From Patescibacteria group bacterium (lineage in GTDB: Bacteria > Patescibacteriota > Patescibacteriia > UBA2591 > UBA6264), in NCBI GenBank assembly GCA_028713575.1, contig JAQTOB010000003.1:30001-62000 (forward strand): a stretch of DNA of 32,000 bases, in the 5' to 3' direction. Shown in pieces: positions 10,195 through 17,297 of this stretch (position 1 is its first letter; every line of letters begins with the position of its first letter). The translations under genes were made by a program, and so were the position numbers. The notes under the pieces were generated by a model, which made no database searches, was not told the origin of the DNA, and worked only from the letters and a program-made list of their open reading frames with translations.

Positions 10195-10265
10195 TACCCC
10201 CTGGGGGAATCGAACCCACATCAATTGCTTAAGAGGCAACTGCTCTACCATTGAGCTAAGGGGGC
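10195..10265 (-). tRNA. tRNA-Lys (anticodon CUU), no encoded CCA
   Basis: Hand-folded minus strand: GCCCCCT-TA-GCTC-AATGGTA-GAGC-A-GTTGC-CTCTTAA-GCAAT-TGAT-GTGGG-TTCGATT-CCCCC-AGGGGGT-A (71 nt). Imperfections are a G1:U72 wobble and a U50:C64 mismatch. Confidence 0.8.
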
Positions 10266-10361
10266 AGGTTTGTTTTAATGAAGTTCCTCTTGCATAATTG
10301 TTTAAGAGTCCGTCAGCTGACGGATCCCTGCCTGCCGGCAGGCGCCATTAAGCTAAGGGGC
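10266..10361 (-). pseudogene. tRNA-Lys-like 5' relic interrupted by two GC-rich palindromes
   Basis: Minus strand GCCCCTTAGCTTAATGG (compare GCCCCCTTAGCTCAATGG of the intact gene), then a GC-rich insert, then CTCTTAAACAATT (compare CTCTTAAGCAATT). There is no matching D-stem 3' strand, T arm or acceptor 3' strand. Confidence 0.5.
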
Positions 10362-10391
10362 AAATGACTTTAGTTTCAAGTATTTTAATAA

Positions 10392-10463
10392 TGCCTCTGA
10401 AGGGAATCGAACCCCTATTTACAGTTCCGAAGACTGTCGTGTTGTCCATTACACCACAGAGGC
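10392..10463 (-). tRNA. tRNA-Arg (anticodon UCG), no encoded CCA
   Basis: GCCTCTG-TG-GTGT-AATGGACA-ACAC-G-ACAGT-CTTCGGA-ACTGT-AAAT-AGGGG-TTCGATT-CCCTT-CAGAGGC-A (72 nt). It lies 7 nt downstream of the pilT stop. Confidence 0.85.
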
Positions 10464-10469
10464 CCGACA

Positions 10470-11516
10470 TTATTCTTTTATTATTTCATCTGGGTAATTA
10501 GCGTAATTTAAAGCTGTTTTTAAGTCAATTTCGCCGAGATGATAGAGTTTTTTAAGGTCTTGTTCTAATGTGGACATTCCATCCTGGCTACTAGTTTGTA
10601 AAACCGACCTAATTTGGGAGATTTTATTTTCTCTAATCAAATTAGCAATCGCTGGCGTATTAAAAAGAACTTCTCTGGCCGCCACCCTTCCGCTATTAAT
10701 TTTAGGGAGTAAGTGTTGGGAAATAATACACTTAAGCGCCATAGATATTTGTAATCTTATTTGTTTTTGTTGGTCAGTAGGAAAAATGTCAATAATTCGG
10801 TCAATGGTTTGCGGGGCATTTGGAGTATGAAGGGTGGCAAAAATTAGATGTCCGGTTTCAGCCAGAGTGACGGCCAAAGAAATGGTTTCTAAGTCCCTCA
10901 TTTCACTAACCAAAATAATATCAGGGTCTTGGCGAACAATATGTTTAAGGGCCGATTGGAAAGAATTCATATCTTTTCCTAATTCTCTTTGGGCGATAAT
11001 GCTTTTTTGAGAAGAAAAAACATATTCAATAGGGTCTTCTAAGGTAATAATATGGCAAGACCTTTTTGTGTTAATATAATTAATTAAGGCTGCAAGGGTG
11101 GTTGATTTTCCACATCCAGTTGGTCCAGTAACTAGAACAAGCCCGTCTTTAAGGTTAATTAATTTATAAATTGATTCAGGCATTTTGATTTCTTCCATAG
11201 AAGGAATGAGCGACGAGATTAAGCGGGCCGATAGGGCTATCTTACCTTTTTCCCAAAAAACGCTTATTCTAAAACGAATACCGCTTTTAATTTGATAAGA
11301 AAATTCTAAAGTTTTTTCTTTAAAAAGAATTTCTTTTTGATTTTCATTAATAATCGGTTCAATTAATTTTAGGATGTCCTCATGCTTTAAAACAGGCCAA
11401 TTTTTAATTGGCTGAAGCAGTCCGTTGATTCTAAAGAAAACAGACAAATCAGAGCTTAAATGGACATCAGAAGCATTTAAAGAAGTTGCGTTGCTAAATA
11501 TTTCTTCAAGGCCCAT
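10470..11516 (-). CDS. pilT: type IV pilus retraction ATPase PilT (twitching motility protein)
   Basis: ASDVHL, Walker A GPTGCGKST, Asp/His boxes (TLEDPIEY, ILVSEMRD, GHLIFATLHT), and a length of 348 aa. Confidence 0.9.
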   Translation of the reverse strand: MGLEEIFSNATSLNASDVHLSSDLSVFFRINGLLQPIKNWPVLKHEDILKLIEPIINENQKEILFKEKTLEFSYQIKSGIRFRISVFWEKGKIALSARLISSLIPSMEEIKMPESIYKLINLKDGLVLVTGPTGCGKSTTLAALINYINTKRSCHIITLEDPIEYVFSSQKSIIAQRELGKDMNSFQSALKHIVRQDPDIILVSEMRDLETISLAVTLAETGHLIFATLHTPNAPQTIDRIIDIFPTDQQKQIRLQISMALKCIISQHLLPKINSGRVAAREVLFNTPAIANLIRENKISQIRSVLQTSSQDGMSTLEQDLKKLYHLGEIDLKTALNYANYPDEIIKE

Positions 11517-11550
11517 ATTTTAAATATTAAATAAAATTTAACGCTTTTTG

Positions 11551-12108
11551 TTAAATTCTTTCAACATATCCTCCGGTTTCAGTGTTAATTTTTATTACAT
11601 CTCCATTTTTTATAAAGATAGGAACATTGATTTTAGCGCCAGTTTCCAAGGTAACAATTTTGGTTGGCGAGGTGGCAGAGTCGCCTTTAATTCCAGGAGG
11701 GGCTTCAATCACTTTCAAGTCAATTTTTTTAGGCAAGTCAATATTAATTGGCTTCTTATTAAAAATAAGAACTTCAACAACCAGTCCTTCTTTTAAAAAT
11801 TTTTCTTTTTCTTCCAAAAATGATTTTTTAAAAGAAAATTGTTCGTAAGTTTGGGTATCCATAAAAAATATTTCGTCTTTTTCTGCATATAAAAAACTGG
11901 CCTTTGATTTTTCAACGTCGGCCCCTTCTATTTTATCAGAAGCATTAAATGTTTTTTCTAAAATTTGTCCATTGCTTAAATTTCTAAGTTTTGTTCTAAC
12001 AAAAGCCCGCCTTTGGGCGGTCCGGGCATGTTGGGAAAAAATTACTTGATAAGGCTCGTTATTAATAACAATAACCGAACCGATTTTTTTAAGGTCATTA
12101 ACTTCCAT
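11551..12108 (-). CDS. efp: translation elongation factor P
   Basis: 185 aa. EPYQV..., AFVRTKLRNL..G...EKTF, PPGIKGDSATS..K...LETGA.I.VPIFI..GD.I.I.T..G.Y..R. Confidence 0.9.
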   Translation of the reverse strand: MEVNDLKKIGSVIVINNEPYQVIFSQHARTAQRRAFVRTKLRNLSNGQILEKTFNASDKIEGADVEKSKASFLYAEKDEIFFMDTQTYEQFSFKKSFLEEKEKFLKEGLVVEVLIFNKKPINIDLPKKIDLKVIEAPPGIKGDSATSPTKIVTLETGAKINVPIFIKNGDVIKINTETGGYVERI

Positions 12109-12110
12109 GT

Positions 12111-12320
12111 TTATTTTTTAACAAAAGAAATCAAAGACATAAAACGAGCTCTTTTAACGGCCGTTGCCAGCTTTCTCTGGTGTAAGGAGCAGGTCCCTCT
12201 TTTTCGACGGGGGAGTATCTTTTCATAACCAGAAGTAAATCGACGCAAAAGGTCGGCGTTTTTGTAATCAATTTCTTTAATGTTATTAACACAAAAATAA
12301 CAGTGTTTTTGATTGTTCAT
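12111..12320 (-). CDS. rpsR: 30S ribosomal protein S18
   Basis: CYFC..I..IDYKN..LLRRF.S...KILPRR.RGTC..HQRKLA.AVKRARFM.L. Confidence 0.9.
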   Translation of the reverse strand: MNNQKHCYFCVNNIKEIDYKNADLLRRFTSGYEKILPRRKRGTCSLHQRKLATAVKRARFMSLISFVKK

Positions 12321-12366
12321 AATCAGATGTTTAATTTAAATTATTTACAATTAGCGGGATTATTTT

Positions 12367-12789
12367 TTAAAACGGAATTTCTTCAACATTAATTTCGTCT
12401 GTTGTAACATCTTCTTCTGATGAGCTTTCTCCAAAAGAAGAAACGTTTTCTTTAGCTTCCGGTCGAGGCCCTAATTGTAATTTTTCCGCAATAATTTCCG
12501 TTCGCGATCGTTTAGCTCCCTGTTGGTCTTGCCAGTTCCTTGTTTGAAGCCTTCCTTCAACATAAATAAGACCGCCCTTTTTCATAAAATTTTGGACGAT
12601 TTCTCCTAATCGTCCCCAGGCGATTATATTATGATATTCGGCTTGTTTCTTTTTTTCGCCAGTTTCTTTGTCTGTCCAAAAACGATTAGTGGCGACACTA
12701 AAAGAGGTTACGTTTTGTCCAGAGGGAATGGTTCTCGTCTCCGGGTCCCGGGTTAAATTCCCCACGACAATTGCTTTATTTACATTCAT
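12367..12789 (-). CDS. ssb: single-stranded DNA-binding protein
   Basis: MNVNKAIVVGNLTRDPETR...FSVATNR.W........EYHNIIAWGRLGE, with an acidic tail ending EEIPF. Confidence 0.9.
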   Translation of the reverse strand: MNVNKAIVVGNLTRDPETRTIPSGQNVTSFSVATNRFWTDKETGEKKKQAEYHNIIAWGRLGEIVQNFMKKGGLIYVEGRLQTRNWQDQQGAKRSRTEIIAEKLQLGPRPEAKENVSSFGESSSEEDVTTDEINVEEIPF

Positions 12790-12914
12790 AGGTTTATTTT
12801 TATAATTATAATAATTTTAGAATCAGGCCAACCCACAAGGAAGGCCTTTTGGCGGGCCGCTACTCGCCCAAACCTTAGACGGGTTTGTAAAATTAATGAT
12901 TTATATATTAAGAC

Positions 12915-13343
12915 TTATATCTTAAACAAGTCATCAATTTTTTCTCCCAGTTTTTCTAGGTCAATTTTTTCTTCCTTATTGGGGACTTCCTTTTTTGACT
13001 CATTGGGACTTTCTTCAATTTTATTCTTTATTTTTTTTGGTTCTTCTTTTCTTTCAATAATTTTAACAATCAGATGTCGCAAAATTTCGGACAACAATTT
13101 AAGTTCCTTGTTTAAGTTTTTTAGAAATTCGGTTTTTAAGTTAAAATTAACCAAAAGATAAAAACCGCGATAAATTCCTTTTATTGGATACGCTAATTTT
13201 TTGTTTCCCAAATTATCTTCTTTAACAACATTTCCCCCAAATTTTTCAATAAGATTTTTTACTTTTTTTGAAATTTCGGGCAAATCTTTTTCAGTTAAAG
13301 GACCGGGAACGATATACAATAATTCATACATAGACATTGACAA
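12915..13343 (-). CDS. rpsF: 30S ribosomal protein S6 (start may be one of the Met codons in MSMSM)
   Basis: YELLYIV....E........V..LI...GG.V......G.KKLAYPI....G.Y. It heads the conserved rpsF-ssb-rpsR order. Confidence 0.85.
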   Translation of the reverse strand: MSMSMYELLYIVPGPLTEKDLPEISKKVKNLIEKFGGNVVKEDNLGNKKLAYPIKGIYRGFYLLVNFNLKTEFLKNLNKELKLLSEILRHLIVKIIERKEEPKKIKNKIEESPNESKKEVPNKEEKIDLEKLGEKIDDLFKI

Positions 13344-13371
13344 TTAGTTGGTTTTTAAAGACAATTATATT

Positions 13372-14607
13372 ATGACTTATTTTTTCATATTAGGCAATAA
13401 TCCAACTTTGTCAATAGCGGAAATAATAAAAATAATAAAACCGAAAGAAAAAGACATTAAGGAGATAACGTCGGAGTTTTTAATATTGGAAGATGAAAAA
13501 ATGGCCAAAGAGGGAGAATGGCAATCAAAATTAGGAGGGGCCGTAAAGATTGGAAAAATAATAGAAAAAATAAAATTAGATGATTTTAAAAAAGGAATTT
13601 TAATAAATAAGATTATTGATGTTTTGATGTCTAAAAATCAAAAAAAAATTAATTTTGGCTTTAGTTTTTATAATCAGGACACAAAAAACGAAACAATAAA
13701 TAAAGAAAGAATGGCGTTGAGCATCAAAAGGGAGCTTAAGGGAAAAAATATTTTTTCGCGGTGGGTGGAATCTTCTGAGAAGACATTATCTTCAGTGGTT
13801 GTTGAAAAAAATATTTTAAATCAAGGACTTGAAATAGTTTTTTTGTTTACTCAAAACGGCGTTTTTTTAGGACAAACATCAAGTTGCCAATTATTTAAAG
13901 AATACGGCGATCGCGATTTTAATAGACCAGTCAGGGTGATAAAGAAAGGAATGATTCCTCCGAAGTTAGCCAGAATTATGATTAATTTGGGGGGTAAAGA
14001 CGAATTTTCAATAAGAAGAACATGTTTTTTAGATCCATTTTGCGGAACAGGAACAATTTTACAAGAAGCATTTTTAATGAATTTTGGTCAAATTATAGGA
14101 ACGGATAAAAACAAAAGAATCATAATTGATGCTCAAAACAATTTGAAATGGTTGATACAAAGGACCAAAAGGGAGTCAGGGGCAAAAAAGGTAAAAATTT
14201 TTTACAGCGATTCTAGAAAATTGGCGAATAAAATAAAACAAAAATCAGTCGGTTTAGTCGTAACAGAACCTTATTTGGGGCCAATGAAATTTAATTTGTC
14301 AGATAATCAATTTATTGTTAAAGAATTAGCCCGACTGTATTTTTTAACATTTAGAGAGTTAAAAACGATTATAAAAGATGACGGTCGAGTAGTAATAGTT
14401 TTTCCTGTTTTTAAAATAAAAGGAAGAGAATATTATATTCAGATATTAGAACAACTAAAAAAAATTGGTTGGCAGACGGAATCCTCTTTGCCGAATTTTT
14501 TGTTAAAAAATAAAACAGTAAACATTACTAAGAGAAATTCAATAATATACTCTCGGCCGGGTCAGACAATAATGAGGGAAATTTTAGTTTTTAAATTAAA
14601 CCGCTGA
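13372..14607 (+). CDS. putative class-I SAM-dependent RNA (guanine-N2-type) methyltransferase, UPF0020/Trm11-like
   Basis: SAM motif I LDPFCGTGTILQEA and an NPPY-like motif IV VVTEPYLGP. The N-terminal about 200 aa is unassigned. ATG 13372 is preferred to the track's TTG 13348. Function is inferred from motifs only. Confidence 0.6.
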   Translation: MTYFFILGNNPTLSIAEIIKIIKPKEKDIKEITSEFLILEDEKMAKEGEWQSKLGGAVKIGKIIEKIKLDDFKKGILINKIIDVLMSKNQKKINFGFSFYNQDTKNETINKERMALSIKRELKGKNIFSRWVESSEKTLSSVVVEKNILNQGLEIVFLFTQNGVFLGQTSSCQLFKEYGDRDFNRPVRVIKKGMIPPKLARIMINLGGKDEFSIRRTCFLDPFCGTGTILQEAFLMNFGQIIGTDKNKRIIIDAQNNLKWLIQRTKRESGAKKVKIFYSDSRKLANKIKQKSVGLVVTEPYLGPMKFNLSDNQFIVKELARLYFLTFRELKTIIKDDGRVVIVFPVFKIKGREYYIQILEQLKKIGWQTESSLPNFLLKNKTVNITKRNSIIYSRPGQTIMREILVFKLNR

Positions 14608-14834
14608 TTTTTTAAAAGAAAATAAATCAATTAAACGTGGACAAATAATTTGATATTATTTATAATAAAAAAATAGTGATAAATGTTTTATATCTCTATT
14701 TTTTAAAATTTAAAATTTAAACATGCGGATAAGCATTGACGCTTGTCCCGACACTAAATCTACGGATTAGTGTGGAACTTCGCTGTTTTGGAAAGAACAA
14801 GGCCTTATGGCATAAATTTTTAATCTTAACAAAT

Positions 14835-15359
14835 ATGCGGATAGGTATTGACGCTCGCTTCTTAGGACTTAAGGTTGGAATTGGGCGTTACACGGAAAAA
14901 TTAATAGAACACTTAGAAAAGAATGATAATCAGAATGATTATTTTATTTTTGTTAAAAAACAGAATTTCAACCTCTATTGTCCAACCAATAAGAGATTTC
15001 ATAGAGTTTTGGCTGACGACCAATGGTATTCGTTCAGGGAACAAATATTTTTTCCCCACCGGCTTTATAAACAAAGACTGGACTTAGTGCATTTTCTTCA
15101 TTTTAATGTTCCTTTACTGTATTTTGGAAAATTTATTATAACTATTCACGATTTAACACAAAGAAATCTAACCAAAGAAGCAAGCAAACGGCCTTGGCTA
15201 TTTTTTCTATTTAAAAAGGCGGCCTATCGGCTGATCATATGGAGCGCTTTAAGGAGGGCCGAAAAGATTATCACAGTATCCAATTTTACTAAACAACAAA
15301 TAATTAAATATTATAACGTGAATCCCGAAAAAATATCAGTTGTTTATGAGTCCTGTTAA
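14835..15359 (+). pseudogene. GT4-family glycosyltransferase, N-terminal fragment
   Basis: MRIGIDARFLGLKVGIGRYTEKLIEHL...ITIHDL...ITVSNFTKQQIIKYYNV.PEKISVVYE is a typical GT4 N-domain. It ends at TAA 15357-15359, just where the inter-domain linker is expected. Confidence 0.65.
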
Positions 15360-15426
15360 AAATTCCCTTTTAAGAGGTTTTTTATTAGGATTTAAAGAAA
15401 GATAATTTATTATAATTTCTAATAGG

Positions 15427-15981
15427 ATGAATCAGCATAAAAAAAACAACCCTTACTTACTTTACGTGGGCAACTCCTGTCCCCATAAAAATCTTGAACG
15501 TTTACTTAGGGCTTTTAATGTTGTTTCAAAAGAAATTTCCGATTTGAATTTGATTTTAGTGGGCAAAATAGATTATTTTTATAAAAGAACACAGAAACAG
15601 GCGGAAAAATTAAAATTAAGTAACAAGGTGATATTCGTCGGCGAATTGTCAGACGAAGAATTAAACAAGGCCTATCAGGACGGTTTGGCCTATGTTTTTC
15701 CTTCTTTGTCCGAGGGGTTTGGCCTACCTGGCTTGGAAGCAATGAAACAAGATTTACCAGTAATCAGTTCAAATAAAGAGCCTTTGCCTGAAATTTACGG
15801 TCAGGCGGCGATTTATTTTAATCCTGAAGATATCCAGGACATGGCTAAAAAAATTTTAGAAGTTGTTACCAATGGCCCTTTAAGAGAGAGGTTGAAGATT
15901 TTAGGAAAAAATCAGGTAAAAAAATATTCTTGGAACAAGTGCTCTAAGCAAATATTAGAAATTTACAAGCAGATTTTATAA
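15427..15981 (+). pseudogene. GT4-family glycosyltransferase, C-terminal fragment (different frame from the N-terminal fragment)
   Basis: PYLLYVGNSCPHKNLERLLRAF...LILVGK...FPSLSEGFGLPGLEAMKQDLPVISSN...PE is the GT4 C-domain with the E..G.P..EAM motif. The N fragment, a short middle open stretch and the C fragment use three different frames within about 70 nt. Confidence 0.65.
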
Positions 15982-15999
15982 TAATCTATTTTACGACAC

Positions 16000-16036
16000 A
16001 ATAATCCTTTTTAAAGTGTGGATTATTTATTTTTTT
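16000..16036 (+). terminator. weak candidate rho-independent terminator after the glycosyltransferase
   Basis: AATAATCC-tttttaaagtgt-GGATTATT followed by tattttttt. The stem is AT-rich, so confidence is low. Confidence 0.3.
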
Positions 16037-16127
16037 AAAAAATAAGAAATATATTAAACAAAAATGATTCTTATCTAATATATCTAAGCATCCAAATGCC
16101 TTAATGATTAATGATTAATAAGTTCGG

Positions 16128-16616
16128 TTATAATTTTTCAGTCCCGATCATTTTTGGCTCAAAATTTTCATGCGTTAATTTTGAAACGGGTTGGATTGAT
16201 TTAGACAATTTTTCCACATAATGGTATTGCCATTTTTTTTCTTGTTTAAAAAATTCTTTTTTCCATTTATTAAACTGTTTCTCTTTTAACCCATATAAGC
16301 GACCATCAAGGGCCGGAATAATAATTTTTTTGATTACTTCTCTTTTTCGGACCAATAAAACAATTTGATGTCGTCGGATAGAAGTTTTTGTTTTATCTTG
16401 ATATTCATATTCATAAATAGATTCTTTTAGGCCTAGACTATTTTTAAGGGCAAAAAGAAGCTTTTTATCATTATGGCGCATTCTAATTTGGAAAACGGCA
16501 TTTTTTGAATTTTTATTACCATAAGTCCAGCTAAAATATCCATTTTCACAAATTAGGCCGGCAATAAAATCAAAAGAAAGGTTTTTAACATTTGTAATAT
16601 TGGGAATCTTTGACAT
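16128..16616 (-). CDS. free-standing single-motif LAGLIDADG homing endonuclease (162 aa)
   Basis: FDFIAGLICENGYFSW matches the LAGLIDADG dodecapeptide (..AGfIdgeGcF). The downstream pattern F.I.....D..LL..LKNSLG.....Y........V......I.KIIIP..D...L.G.K..QF..W is typical of I-CreI-like homodimeric enzymes. It is not embedded in any recognisable host gene, intron or intein. Confidence 0.8.
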   Translation of the reverse strand: MSKIPNITNVKNLSFDFIAGLICENGYFSWTYGNKNSKNAVFQIRMRHNDKKLLFALKNSLGLKESIYEYEYQDKTKTSIRRHQIVLLVRKREVIKKIIIPALDGRLYGLKEKQFNKWKKEFFKQEKKWQYHYVEKLSKSIQPVSKLTHENFEPKMIGTEKL

Positions 16617-16755
16617 AAGATATGTTTATTTAGGAATGTTCCTCGCGGAACATTTCGTTATACAGTATAACAAAATTAAGAAATAAAGTAAATAGATAAA
16701 TCAATAATATCCCTTTTTAATAATATATTATTAGCGTCGTAAATTATAAATAATT

Positions 16756-17249
16756 AATGCGAATTATCTTTAAAAACCAATTTTACGAATGGTTTTTACA
16801 TTATATAGGGGCACGAGTTTAATATAATGGTTATAATGTGAGCCTTTAATTAAACCTATATTATATAAGCAGGCCAAAGCTCTCATGGGGCCAGTTCCCT
16901 AAAAGTAGTCAAAATAGTTCTAAATTTAAAAAATCCTTCTAAAACGCTTTACTGATAAGACTTTTAGAAGGGTATTTTGGGGGGACAGTCCCCTTTTTGA
17001 ATAAATGCGAATTATCTTTAAAAACCAATTTTACGAATGGTTTTTACATTATATAGGGGCACGAGTTTAATATAATGGTTATAATGTGAGCCTTTAATTA
17101 AACCTATATTATATAAGCAGGCCAAAGCTCTCATGGGGCCAGTTCCCTAAAAGTAGTCAAAATAGTTCTAAATTTAAAAAATCCTTCTAAAACGCTTTAC
17201 TGATAAGACTTTTAGAAGGGTATTTTGGGGGGACAGTCCCCTTTTTGAA
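16756..17249. repeat. perfect tandem direct duplication, 2 x about 245 nt with 248-bp period
   Basis: 16756..17000 is identical base for base to 17004..17248 by my reading; the copies are separated by taa. Each unit contains hairpins AAAAACCA/TGGTTTTT and CCTTCTAAAA-17 nt-TTTTAGAAGG, and ends GGGGGGACAGTCCCCTTTTT. Confidence 0.9.
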
Positions 17250-17297
17250 GAAAGTCTCTTTTTTAAAGAAGCCCCGAGCGAGGCGGCTGATTTAATA

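Noticed and set aside
9407-13343. The minus-strand block (M23 peptidase, tRNAs, pilT, efp, rpsR, ssb, rpsF) as a possible inserted island flanked by tRNAs.
   Set aside because: The content is core housekeeping (efp, rpsF-ssb-rpsR). There is no integrase, no direct repeats of a tRNA 3' end, and by eye the composition is like the rest of the window.
14751-14762. The 12-mer ACACTAAATCTA is shared between the insert upstream of the glycosyltransferase (plus strand) and the sequence just 3' of the inner tRNA-Ala (minus strand, 17431-17442), hinting at a common element.
   Set aside because: A single 12-nt match between two strands of a 32-kb AT-rich window is expected by chance. Flanking similarity is patchy. 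Only a genome-wide repeat search would make it meaningful.
15357-15427. The glycosyltransferase split could reflect an alternative genetic code (stop-codon reassignment, as in some CPR lineages) or programmed frameshifting.
   Set aside because: The interrupting stops are TAA, not TGA. The other genes in the window close normally with TAA or TGA at expected lengths under the standard code. Three frames are involved within 70 nt, which fits decay or indel error better.
16760-16990. Small ORFs inside each repeat unit: 21 aa on plus (MRIIFKNQFYEWFLHYIGARV) and 39 aa on minus (MRALACLYNIGLIKGSHYNHYIKLVPLYNVKTIRKIGF).
   Set aside because: Neither has a convincing ribosome-binding site or a recognisable motif. 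The strong RNA-like helices and terminator shape favour a non-coding interpretation. Not excluded.
16756-17249. CRISPR array or minisatellite.
   Set aside because: There are only two long (248-bp) identical units with no short repeat-spacer periodicity, and no cas genes are in the window.
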